This document shows positions 8,730 to 17,336 of a DNA stretch of 59,641 bases, in pieces. Numbering within the stretch: position 1 is the stretch's first letter; the number at the start of each line of letters is the position of its first letter. Under the pieces are notes generated by a model that saw nothing but the letters and a program-made list of their open reading frames with translations, had not been told where the DNA came from and did not search any database. The stretch is from assembly GCA_045564035.1 (NCBI GenBank), contig JBJLIA010000034.1:1-59641 (forward strand). Reading direction: 5' to 3'. This stretch comes from Gammaproteobacteria bacterium. Its GTDB lineage: Bacteria > Pseudomonadota > Gammaproteobacteria > Magnimaribacterales > D2472. The position numbers were made by a program, and so were the translations under genes.

Positions 8730-8749
8730 AGTCAATTATATTCTTTTTT

Positions 8750-10519
8750 TCAATCATTGAAAAGTTCGGTCAGTTTATCTAGCAATGCTTCTGCTAATTC
8801 TTCCGCTCTGTTGATAGTTATTGATTTATCATAATATTTTGTCACATCGTGCCCAATACCAATTGCAAGGAGTTCTACATTGCTTTGAGTTTCAATCGTA
8901 TGAATAATTTGACGTAAGTGGTTGTCTAGAAAATTACTATGATTTGTAGATAGAGTACTGTCATCTACAGGCGCTCCGTCTGAGATAACTATTAATATCT
9001 TTCTTTCTTCATTCCGTTTACTTAATCTTTGATGCGCCCAAGCTAAGGCTTCGCCATCAACATTTTCTTTTAATAATCCCTCTCGTAACATTATGCCAAA
9101 ACTTTTCCTGGCCTTTCTAAAATTATCTTCCGCTGATTTAAAAATAATGTGCCGTAAATCATTTAAACGACCAGGATTAGACGGGCTGCCTTGATTAACC
9201 CAGGCTTTCCTTGATTCGCCACCTTTCCAATGTTTTGTAGTAAATCCGAGCAGTTCTGTTTTCACGTAACACCTTTCCAGAGTACTTCCAATTATATCCC
9301 CACAAATTGCTGCCAAGGTCATAGATCGACCTCGCATTGAACCTGAGCTATCTATTAATAACGAAACAACAGTATCCTTGAACTTACTCTCGCTTTCTTG
9401 CTTAAAGCTTAGTGGATCTCCTGGTCGAGTAATGACTCTATGTAGTTGAGCTGTATCTAATAAACCTTCTTCAAGATTATAATTCCAACTTCTGTTTTGT
9501 TGGGCCTGCAGCAATCTTTGTAACCTATTGGCTAATTTGCCAATTGTTGTTTGATGCGGGGCAATCAGTTGATCAAGTTGCAATCTTAGTCTTTGAGATT
9601 CTTCAGGAGTTGCTAATTCAATTGCATTGATAACCTCATCAAACTGAGAAGTAAATATTTTATAATCTTCATAATTAGTTTGATCTAAGTCTTCATTATA
9701 ATTTCTTGTTAAATCTATTTCTTCATCAATTGACATGGAATCAATTGAAGCTTGAACTTCTTCTAGTATTTCACTTTCTTCATCAGCAGTCCCCTCTGCC
9801 TGCGATTCAATTGTTTGCTCTTCAACATCCTCTTCAGTTTGAGGTTGTTGTGATTCAGAATCTTGAGCATTCTCTTGAGATGGTTGATCCTCAGAGGACT
9901 CTTGATCACCTTGAGTTGCTGGTTCATGCATGAGATCTAAATCCTTCATAAGATCAAGAGCGATGGATTGAAAATCTTCTTGAGAGTTCTGAGCCTCAAT
10001 TAATTCCTTACCAACCTTATTAATGTTTATGGGGATAGAGGAAAGAAAAGCATTTACAGTATTCTTGCTATCCTCAGCTAAGCTTTCTCCATTAAGCTCT
10101 TTCAACCAAAGGTTTGCAGCCAATGGATTGAATGGAGGAACTTTATTGTCAATTCCCTTTTTTGCTTGAGTATTGAGATAAGCATTTAAATTAATTTTGG
10201 CGCCAGGAAATTTTTTTCCTCCAATCATTTCAACTCTACAAAGCTCAAGTTCAGTAAAAAAATCTCTTGCAACCTTTGGCATTTTCAAAGAAGCATGCTC
10301 TTTGTGGAAGGCCTGCCAAAATGCTTGAAAATCTCCTTCCCCTCTCCATGCATCAACTTGAGAGGATGATCTTGGAGGGTATTGCAAAGAAATTTGTAAT
10401 GAAGAGGGGGGGCGGCTAGAAGCCTGCGATGTACTTTCTAGGTCTGAGTTTTTAGATACCGCCCTAGCAGTTGAGAGAGCAGCTTGCTTAAATTCTTCTC
10501 GATTCTTAACCCAACTCAT
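8750..10519 (-). CDS. cobT: Cobaltochelatase CobT-like vWA protein
   Basis: RGEGD N-terminal motif, acidic linker, v[29 protein letters not shown] and [13 protein letters not shown]. Confidence 0.9.
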   Translation of the reverse strand: MSWVKNREEFKQAALSTARAVSKNSDLESTSQASSRPPSSLQISLQYPPRSSSQVDAWRGEGDFQAFWQAFHKEHASLKMPKVARDFFTELELCRVEMIGGKKFPGAKINLNAYLNTQAKKGIDNKVPPFNPLAANLWLKELNGESLAEDSKNTVNAFLSSIPININKVGKELIEAQNSQEDFQSIALDLMKDLDLMHEPATQGDQESSEDQPSQENAQDSESQQPQTEEDVEEQTIESQAEGTADEESEILEEVQASIDSMSIDEEIDLTRNYNEDLDQTNYEDYKIFTSQFDEVINAIELATPEESQRLRLQLDQLIAPHQTTIGKLANRLQRLLQAQQNRSWNYNLEEGLLDTAQLHRVITRPGDPLSFKQESESKFKDTVVSLLIDSSGSMRGRSMTLAAICGDIIGSTLERCYVKTELLGFTTKHWKGGESRKAWVNQGSPSNPGRLNDLRHIIFKSAEDNFRKARKSFGIMLREGLLKENVDGEALAWAHQRLSKRNEERKILIVISDGAPVDDSTLSTNHSNFLDNHLRQIIHTIETQSNVELLAIGIGHDVTKYYDKSITINRAEELAEALLDKLTELFND

Positions 10520-10522
10520 TTA

Positions 10523-11506
10523 CTACGATTCAGGATTATGACTTTCCAAAAGATCTTCTCCAAAACATCTTTGAAAATACTCAGCCACAATTGGTCTCTC
10601 AGCTTCATCGCACTTATTAAGAAATGTTAATCTAAATGAGTGCTTAATATCATTAAAAATAATATAGTTTTGTGCCCATGTTATTACTGTTCTTGGCGAC
10701 ATTAATGTAGATATATCCTCATTGATAAAGCCTTGTCTGGTTAAATCTGCGAGCTGTATCATACTCTTGATGAGGGCTTTATCTTTAGCAGATTTGAGTT
10801 GAGGAACTTTTCCATGCACTACATTTAGCTCATGAGATCGCTCTAAATAATTTAATGTTGAAAGAATATGCCAACGGTCCATTTGGCCTTGATTAATTTG
10901 CTGAGTTCCATGATAAAGACCGGTTACATCACCCATGCCAACAGTATTAGTAGTAGCAAATAGTCTGAAACTATTATGCGGAGTTATCACTTGATTTTGA
11001 TCAAGCAAGGTTAATTTCCCATCTACTTCAAGTATCCTTTGAATCACAAACATTACATCTGGTCTTCCCGCATCATATTCGTCAAAAACTATCGCAACAG
11101 GATTTTGAATTGACCAAGGCAGAATACCTTCTTTAAATTCTGTGATTTGCTTTTCATCTTTTAATACAATTGCATCTTTGCCAAGTAAATCAATTCTACT
11201 TATGTGACTATCAAGATTTATTCTTACGCATGGCCAATTGAGTCTGGCAGCAACCTGCTCAATGTGGGTTGATTTACCAGTTCCATGGTATCCCTGAATC
11301 ATTACCCTTCTATCATGCTCAAAACCAGCTAAAATTGCTAAAGTAGTATCTTTATCAAAGATGTAAGTTTCGTCAATGTCTGGAACCCATTGTGTTTTTT
11401 CCTTAAATCCTTTGACCTCAAGATCAGAATCAATCCCAAATATTTTTTTTACATTGAATTTTTGATCAGGCCTTTCAGGCAGGTTTATTCTTTCAGAATC
11501 TATCAT
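10523..11506 (-). CDS. cobS: Cobaltochelatase CobS-like AAA+ ATPase
   Basis: GYHGTGKSTHIEQVAARLNWP, FDEYDAGRPDV and YHGTQQINQGQMDRW. Confidence 0.93.
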   Translation of the reverse strand: MIDSERINLPERPDQKFNVKKIFGIDSDLEVKGFKEKTQWVPDIDETYIFDKDTTLAILAGFEHDRRVMIQGYHGTGKSTHIEQVAARLNWPCVRINLDSHISRIDLLGKDAIVLKDEKQITEFKEGILPWSIQNPVAIVFDEYDAGRPDVMFVIQRILEVDGKLTLLDQNQVITPHNSFRLFATTNTVGMGDVTGLYHGTQQINQGQMDRWHILSTLNYLERSHELNVVHGKVPQLKSAKDKALIKSMIQLADLTRQGFINEDISTLMSPRTVITWAQNYIIFNDIKHSFRLTFLNKCDEAERPIVAEYFQRCFGEDLLESHNPES

Positions 11507-11617
11507 TACAAGTACTTTTTATTTATTGGATGACTATGCTAACTTTTGAGAGCATAAAGTTCTAGTTTTTAATGAATCAATGTAAGATAAATTTAATTAA
11601 ATATATTCCCATCATTC

Positions 11618-12478
11618 ATGAGCAAAGCGCTAAAAAATACTTTAGATTTATTTAACCTCACAAGAATAGATAGAGACTTATATTCTTGGACCGGTCAAAG
11701 TGTTGGCTTTCAAAGAATTTTTGGCGGTCAAATCATGGCTCAATGCTTAATCGCAGGTTATCAAACTGTAGAAAAGGGAAGAATGGTGCATTCTTTTCAT
11801 TCCTATTTTCTTAGGCCCGGAGACTTCAAACAAAATATTATATTTGAGGTAGACCGTATAAGAGATGGTAAAAGTTTTACGACAAGAAGAGTAAACGCGA
11901 TACAAAATGGAGAAGCAATTTTTAGTTGCTCTATCTCATTTCAAAAAAGAGAAAAGGGTTTGAATCATCAAATTAAAATGCCAAAAATTCAAGGACCAGA
12001 AAAACTAAAAAGCGATCTAGAACTAAGAAAAGACCTTAAATCTAAAATACCCAAAGATTATTTACCAATGTGGCTTAGAGAGAGGGAGATTGAGACCAGG
12101 CAAGTTGAACCTGTTGATTTATTAAACGCAGTAAAACTTCCTCCCTACAGAAGTACGTGGATGAAACCTACTGGAAAATTGCCAGCTGATGAAAGGATCC
12201 ATCAAGCATTGCTATTGTATGTTTCTGATATGGGTCTGCTTGGAGCCGCAGTAAATCCTCATGAAGTTAATTTTATGTCTAAGAAATTCCAGAGCGCAAG
12301 CTTAGATCACGTGATGTGGTTTCATGGAAAAGTTAATTTTAATAATTGGATTTTGCATCATATGCACAGTCCGATATCTCAAAATGCCAGAGGGTTCTCT
12401 CGAGGATCAATTTATACAAAATCAGGAAAACTAGTGGCATCAACCGCCCAAGAAGGACTCATGCGTATTTGGGATTAG
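11618..12478 (+). CDS. tesB: Acyl-CoA thioesterase II
   Basis: IFGGQ, HSFHSYFLRPGD, RDGKSFTTRRV, ASLDH and STAQEGLMR. Confidence 0.93.
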   Translation: MSKALKNTLDLFNLTRIDRDLYSWTGQSVGFQRIFGGQIMAQCLIAGYQTVEKGRMVHSFHSYFLRPGDFKQNIIFEVDRIRDGKSFTTRRVNAIQNGEAIFSCSISFQKREKGLNHQIKMPKIQGPEKLKSDLELRKDLKSKIPKDYLPMWLREREIETRQVEPVDLLNAVKLPPYRSTWMKPTGKLPADERIHQALLLYVSDMGLLGAAVNPHEVNFMSKKFQSASLDHVMWFHGKVNFNNWILHHMHSPISQNARGFSRGSIYTKSGKLVASTAQEGLMRIWD

Positions 12479-12559
12479 CAAAATAATTTGAAGGCCTGGG
12501 CTCTAGCTAAATTTATTAAAAGCTTGGTATAGTTATTTTTTAATTACTAATTACAAAAT

Positions 12560-12979
12560 ATGTTGTCACTTTTCAAAAAAAAACTATTTTCTGATATCTC
12601 TGGAAGTGCGGAAGATATGCCGCCACATGTATCTGCTGTCTTATGCTTAATGATTGAGATTGCCAGAATGGATGGAAAAATAGATGAAAATGAAATAGAT
12701 GAAATTAAAAACTTTTATTTAGATTTATATCCTAATGGTAATTTTACAGAAGCATTTGAAGAGCTTAAAGATTGGACAAGCCACAAAGAATCTTTTAATC
12801 CTTTTATCAATATTATTAACAGCAATTGCACAAAACGAATGAAAATAGAGATCCTCTCGAATATTTGGGATGTAATTTTATCTGATGAAAATGTTGATCA
12901 ATATGAAAATTCACTGTTTATGCAAATAGGCGAAATGTTGTTGATCAGCAAAGAAGAACTTTTAAATATTCAGAGTTAA
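12560..12979 (+). CDS. TerB-like (tellurite resistance/DjlA N-terminal fold) protein
   Basis: LMIEIARMDGKIDENE ... IWDVILSDENVDQYE pattern. Confidence 0.75.
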   Translation: MLSLFKKKLFSDISGSAEDMPPHVSAVLCLMIEIARMDGKIDENEIDEIKNFYLDLYPNGNFTEAFEELKDWTSHKESFNPFINIINSNCTKRMKIEILSNIWDVILSDENVDQYENSLFMQIGEMLLISKEELLNIQS

Positions 12980-13894
12980 TTAAGAGTTAAGCCGCAAGTG
13001 CTCTAATAGATCCTCTTCAAATTTAAGTAGAATCTCTGGTTCAATCAGATGCCTCATTTCATCAATGATCTTTAGTTTGCTATTTGGTATTAATTTATGC
13101 ATTTTGTAAGCATTCTTTACTTTGATCATAGGATCTTTTTTGCCATGAATAATTAAAGTTTGTGCTTTAATCTTTTGTATTTTTTTTAGCCTATCCTTTG
13201 AAGCCAAGATCGATAAAAGTTGCCTTGCGTAACCAGAACCATCCTGGGAGCGATTTAAGTTTTTAATTGTTTCTTCTCTAAATTCTGGAGTATCAACAAC
13301 TCTACCCTCCATACCTATAAGGGTGACAATTTTAATTTCTCTGATAATTACTTCCTCAACTGATGCATTTGGATTTTTAGATCTTTCCATCATAAGATCT
13401 CTGACTGGTTTTGATGGAGCATTGATTGGGCTCGGTGTTGAAGCTGTTGAGGCAATCAAGGTAAATGATTTAACTTTTTGAGGATATTGAGCACTGATGA
13501 TCTGAGCAATCATCCCACCCATTGAAGTGCCAAGAACGTGTGCTTGCTCAATGTGTAGTGTTTCAAGCAGCTTGATTCCATCATCTGCCATATCGTCAAT
13601 GTTATATTCTGCCTGAATAGGCAATCTCAAAAAATATTTAATGTAATCCAACAAAAAAGATGGAGTTCCTGAAAATCTTGAAGACAAACCAACATCTCTA
13701 TTATCGTAAGTAATGGGTCTAAAATTATGTGACTGTAAAAAATGAATTAGATGGGGAGGCCAATGAACTAGTTGAGCTCCTAAACCATGTACCATGAGAA
13801 TTGGATCACCATTTACAGGACCGTAGTCTCGGTAAAATATCTTGACTCCATTGTTCTCAGCAAAACCCTCCGAATATTGATCAGCTACATTCAT
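12980..13894 (-). CDS. Alpha/beta-fold hydrolase
   Basis: HGLG oxyanion motif, DNRDVGLS, GTSMGG nucleophile elbow, IHGKKD and MRH. Confidence 0.88.
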   Translation of the reverse strand: MNVADQYSEGFAENNGVKIFYRDYGPVNGDPILMVHGLGAQLVHWPPHLIHFLQSHNFRPITYDNRDVGLSSRFSGTPSFLLDYIKYFLRLPIQAEYNIDDMADDGIKLLETLHIEQAHVLGTSMGGMIAQIISAQYPQKVKSFTLIASTASTPSPINAPSKPVRDLMMERSKNPNASVEEVIIREIKIVTLIGMEGRVVDTPEFREETIKNLNRSQDGSGYARQLLSILASKDRLKKIQKIKAQTLIIHGKKDPMIKVKNAYKMHKLIPNSKLKIIDEMRHLIEPEILLKFEEDLLEHLRLNS

Positions 13895-13987
13895 AAATTT
13901 TTAAGTACTTTCTAATATATTTTTATACTAATGCACTCTTCAAATATTACCAACCTAAGATAAGGCTGTTATAGTCAGTGAATATTT

Positions 13988-15346
13988 ATGACCTCAAACA
14001 CAGTCCCAAATAAAGTAAGAGCAGCCTATGGTATAGGAGATTATGCTATTTGCTTGTATTGGAGTGGGGTGGGTTTATACCTTCTGTATTTTTATACTGA
14101 TGTGGTCGGAATAACACCATTGCTAGCAGGTTGGATATACGCTTTAGGGATAGCCTGGGATGCAATCACCGATCCATTTATGGGATACCTTGCAGAAAGA
14201 ACTAGAACTAAAATGGGAAGCTATAGACCCTATATTTTTTATGGTGCAATTCCACTGGCCTGTTCTTTTGTATTGCTCTTCTGGGTCCCTCCATTTGAGG
14301 GCCTCACACTATTTATTTTTTTACTAACAATTAATTTACTGCATAGAACCTGTTTTACTATTGTCAGTGTTCCTTATTCCTCTCTTACAGCAAGAATTAC
14401 TGATGATAGTGATGAGCGGACTAAACTTACCACTGCAAGAATGATCGGAGCTTCTTTTGGCACTCTTTCAGTTTCAGCACTAGGTTTTCCAATTGTTTTA
14501 TGGTTTGGAGGAGGTGATGAAGCATTAGGCTTTATTTTTCTTGGTATGGTTTGCGGTCTTACGGCTATCCTTGTTTTAAGCATCACCATTCGATTTGTTA
14601 AAGAAAGAAAGTTTAATGTTAGCTCAGCTGAGATACCAAGTTTTTCAAATGTAGCAAGATCGGTTGCAAAGAATTATCCATTCTGGATTGTGTTTGGATC
14701 CATTTTAATTCTCGGGTCTACCTCTATTATGTTTAACAATAACTTAATCTATTTTGTGAAATACTCTCTTGATCTTCATGAATATCAAGGTTTAATTTTA
14801 GGAGTTAGCAGTGGAGCAGCTCTCTTAGCTATCCCTTTTTGGGCATATGCTGCATTAAAAATTGGTAAGAGGAATTCTTGGATGGCTGCAATGACATTAT
14901 TATTAATAGGATTTTTGATTTTTTATTTTTATCCAATTGCTTCCCTTAACGAGTTACTGCTTGTATTAGGATTTATAGGTATTGGTAATGGGGCTACCGG
15001 AGTATTATTTTGGTCAATGCTTCCAGATACAATCGAATATGGTGAATGGAAAACAGAAGTTCGAACAGAGTCTTCTTTATATGGGTTTATGACTTTTGCT
15101 CAAAAAGGTGCAATAGCTTTTGCTGCAATTTTGCTAGGCATCGCATTAACTCAAATTGGTTTTGAGCCTAATGAAGTTCAGTCAGAAGAAACATTGGCTG
15201 GATTAAAATTTATTATGACCTGGATACCTCTAACAGGAATTTTTATAAGTTTTGTATTAGTCTCTTTTTATCCGATAGATAAAAAATTTCATCAAAAGTT
15301 AATTAATGAAATTGAAGCAAGAAAACTTGGTAATGCATCAAATTAA
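13988..15346 (+). CDS. Glycoside-pentoside-hexuronide (GPH/MelB-family) cation symporter
   Basis: YGIGD, YFYTDVVG, WDAITDP, RTRTKMGSYRPY and MLPDTIEYGEWKT; about 12 TM segments. Confidence 0.9.
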   Translation: MTSNTVPNKVRAAYGIGDYAICLYWSGVGLYLLYFYTDVVGITPLLAGWIYALGIAWDAITDPFMGYLAERTRTKMGSYRPYIFYGAIPLACSFVLLFWVPPFEGLTLFIFLLTINLLHRTCFTIVSVPYSSLTARITDDSDERTKLTTARMIGASFGTLSVSALGFPIVLWFGGGDEALGFIFLGMVCGLTAILVLSITIRFVKERKFNVSSAEIPSFSNVARSVAKNYPFWIVFGSILILGSTSIMFNNNLIYFVKYSLDLHEYQGLILGVSSGAALLAIPFWAYAALKIGKRNSWMAAMTLLLIGFLIFYFYPIASLNELLLVLGFIGIGNGATGVLFWSMLPDTIEYGEWKTEVRTESSLYGFMTFAQKGAIAFAAILLGIALTQIGFEPNEVQSEETLAGLKFIMTWIPLTGIFISFVLVSFYPIDKKFHQKLINEIEARKLGNASN

Positions 15347-17336
15347 TTGGGGAGTAATTGGCTCTGGCTCTATTGCCAATGCATTTTCTTATTCCATCCA
15401 AGCTACAAAAAACTCTAAATTAATTAGCATCTTTGGACGAAATTCTAAGAAGGTAAATAGCTTTGCTGACAAGTTTGATATTGATGCTCATCATCAATTA
15501 GATGATTTTTTGTCTTCTGAGGAAATAGATGCTGTTTATATTGCAACTCCTCACAGCGAACATTTTTTTTATGCATTAGAGGCAATGAAAAATGGCAAAC
15601 ATGTTCTTTGCGAAAAGCCATTCACGATGAATGCTCATGAGAGCATGGTTTTATTAGATCTTGCTAATGCCAAAAATATTTTCTTGATGGAAGCCTTTAT
15701 GTACAGAATGCATCCCCAAACAAGAAATATTTTAGATAATTTAAATTTTTTATCAGATGCAAAAGATAAAATTTTGATTGAGGCTTCTTTTGGTTTTCAA
15801 GCAGATGTTCCAGTAACACATAGACTTCGAAACCCTGAACTAGGTGGAGGGGCAATATTAGATGTTGGCTGTTATCCATTGACCATGTCAAAGTTAATAG
15901 CCGGTCAATTACAGGGCCTTGATTTTGCAGAGCCAAAAAGTCTCTCTGCAACTGGCCAGCTAGATGAGACAGGTGTTGATCTTCAATCGAATGCACATTT
16001 AATTTTTTCTGATTCGATCGAAGCAAAAATAAGTTGCGCTATTAATGAAGACTTTTCCAATAACCTTGTTATATCAAGTGGCAAATATACTATTTCGGTG
16101 CCTGATCCATGGCATTGTGGGCAATTTCAAGCAGGCAATTCATCCATTTATCTCTCGCACGACGGCCAGATTAGCAGGGAAATTAAATGTATGGATGACA
16201 TTGGTTTATTTACCAGAGAGATAGAGCATGCTGCAAAGTGTATTTTAGAATCAAAAATTGAATCCAAGCTTATTAGCCATGCTGAGACTCAAAGCAATAT
16301 GTTCTGGTTAGATAAGTGGCGACAAGAAATGAAGATTGATTGCCCTAAGGGCCTAATTAAAAATTCACCAATTTTGCAATCAAAAGCATTTTTACTTCAG
16401 GAATCTCACCTTGAATGCAATGAACTTCCTGGCTTGAGTAAGACTGGTTCAAGACTAGCATTGGGTTGTGATAATCAGACATCAGATCTGCATGCTTTTA
16501 CAATGTTTGATCATTTCTATGGTTCTGGTGGCAGAATTTTTGATACAGCATTTATCTATAATAATGGAATGGGCGATAAGTATCTTGGTGATTGGATCAA
16601 TGCCAGGAATGTTGAGGAAGCTGTTATTGTCCTTGGTAAAGGAGCTCACACTCCTAATTGTGAGCCTCATTATATTCGCCCACAAGTGCTTCAGTCTTTA
16701 GAGCGTTTGCAAATTTCAAAGCTCGATATATATTGTTTGCATAGAGATAACCCAGATATTCCAGTAGATGAATTTATTGATGCATTGGCTGAAATAAAGA
16801 GTGAAGGCCTAGTTAATCTAATTGGTGCTTCAAATTGGGAGATGGACAGGTTTTCTAAAGCAAGAAATTATGCGAAGAAAAATGCAAAAGAGCCCTTTAC
16901 TGTCCTTAGTAATAATTTTAGCCTAGCTGAGATGATCGAGCCTGTTTGGCCAGGCTGTGTTGGCATTAACGATACTTATTTAAAATATCTTATTGAGGAG
17001 CAAATTATATTATTTCCTTGGTCTTCTCAAGCTAGAGGTTTTTTTATTAAGAAAAAAGAAATTATGTCAAATGAGCACTTTTCAAATCCCACTCTCGATG
17101 AAGAGATGAGAGTCTGGCATTATGAAAAAAATTTGAAAAGAAGACAGGTCTGTTTTGAGGTAGCTAAGGAAAGGAAGGTGCAGCCTATTCAAGTTGCCTT
17201 AGCTTATGTATTGCACAAATCAAAATTAATTTTTCCTTTGATTGGACCAAGAACAATTTTTGAATCTAACAGCTCCATTCAAGCTACTCAACTCGAATTA
17301 ACTACTAGAGAACTTCAAGCACTTGCTCAAGATTAA
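15333..17336 (+). CDS. Fusion of Gfo/Idh/MocA oxidoreductase and aldo/keto reductase
   Basis: N-half WGVIGSGSIA, KHVLCEKP and GGGAILDVGCY; C-half IFDTAFIY, LGKG, LHRD, GASNW and PLIGPR. Likely start ATG 15333 (track gives 15306). Confidence 0.85.
   Translation: MHQINWGVIGSGSIANAFSYSIQATKNSKLISIFGRNSKKVNSFADKFDIDAHHQLDDFLSSEEIDAVYIATPHSEHFFYALEAMKNGKHVLCEKPFTMNAHESMVLLDLANAKNIFLMEAFMYRMHPQTRNILDNLNFLSDAKDKILIEASFGFQADVPVTHRLRNPELGGGAILDVGCYPLTMSKLIAGQLQGLDFAEPKSLSATGQLDETGVDLQSNAHLIFSDSIEAKISCAINEDFSNNLVISSGKYTISVPDPWHCGQFQAGNSSIYLSHDGQISREIKCMDDIGLFTREIEHAAKCILESKIESKLISHAETQSNMFWLDKWRQEMKIDCPKGLIKNSPILQSKAFLLQESHLECNELPGLSKTGSRLALGCDNQTSDLHAFTMFDHFYGSGGRIFDTAFIYNNGMGDKYLGDWINARNVEEAVIVLGKGAHTPNCEPHYIRPQVLQSLERLQISKLDIYCLHRDNPDIPVDEFIDALAEIKSEGLVNLIGASNWEMDRFSKARNYAKKNAKEPFTVLSNNFSLAEMIEPVWPGCVGINDTYLKYLIEEQIILFPWSSQARGFFIKKKEIMSNEHFSNPTLDEEMRVWHYEKNLKRRQVCFEVAKERKVQPIQVALAYVLHKSKLIFPLIGPRTIFESNSSIQATQLELTTRELQALAQD

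Noticed and set aside
9700..9920. Low-complexity Q/E/S-rich stretch
   Set aside because: This is the normal acidic linker of CobT, not a repeat element.
12560..12979. TerB-like gene as a tellurite-resistance or defence locus
   Set aside because: Single gene with no other ter or defence genes nearby.
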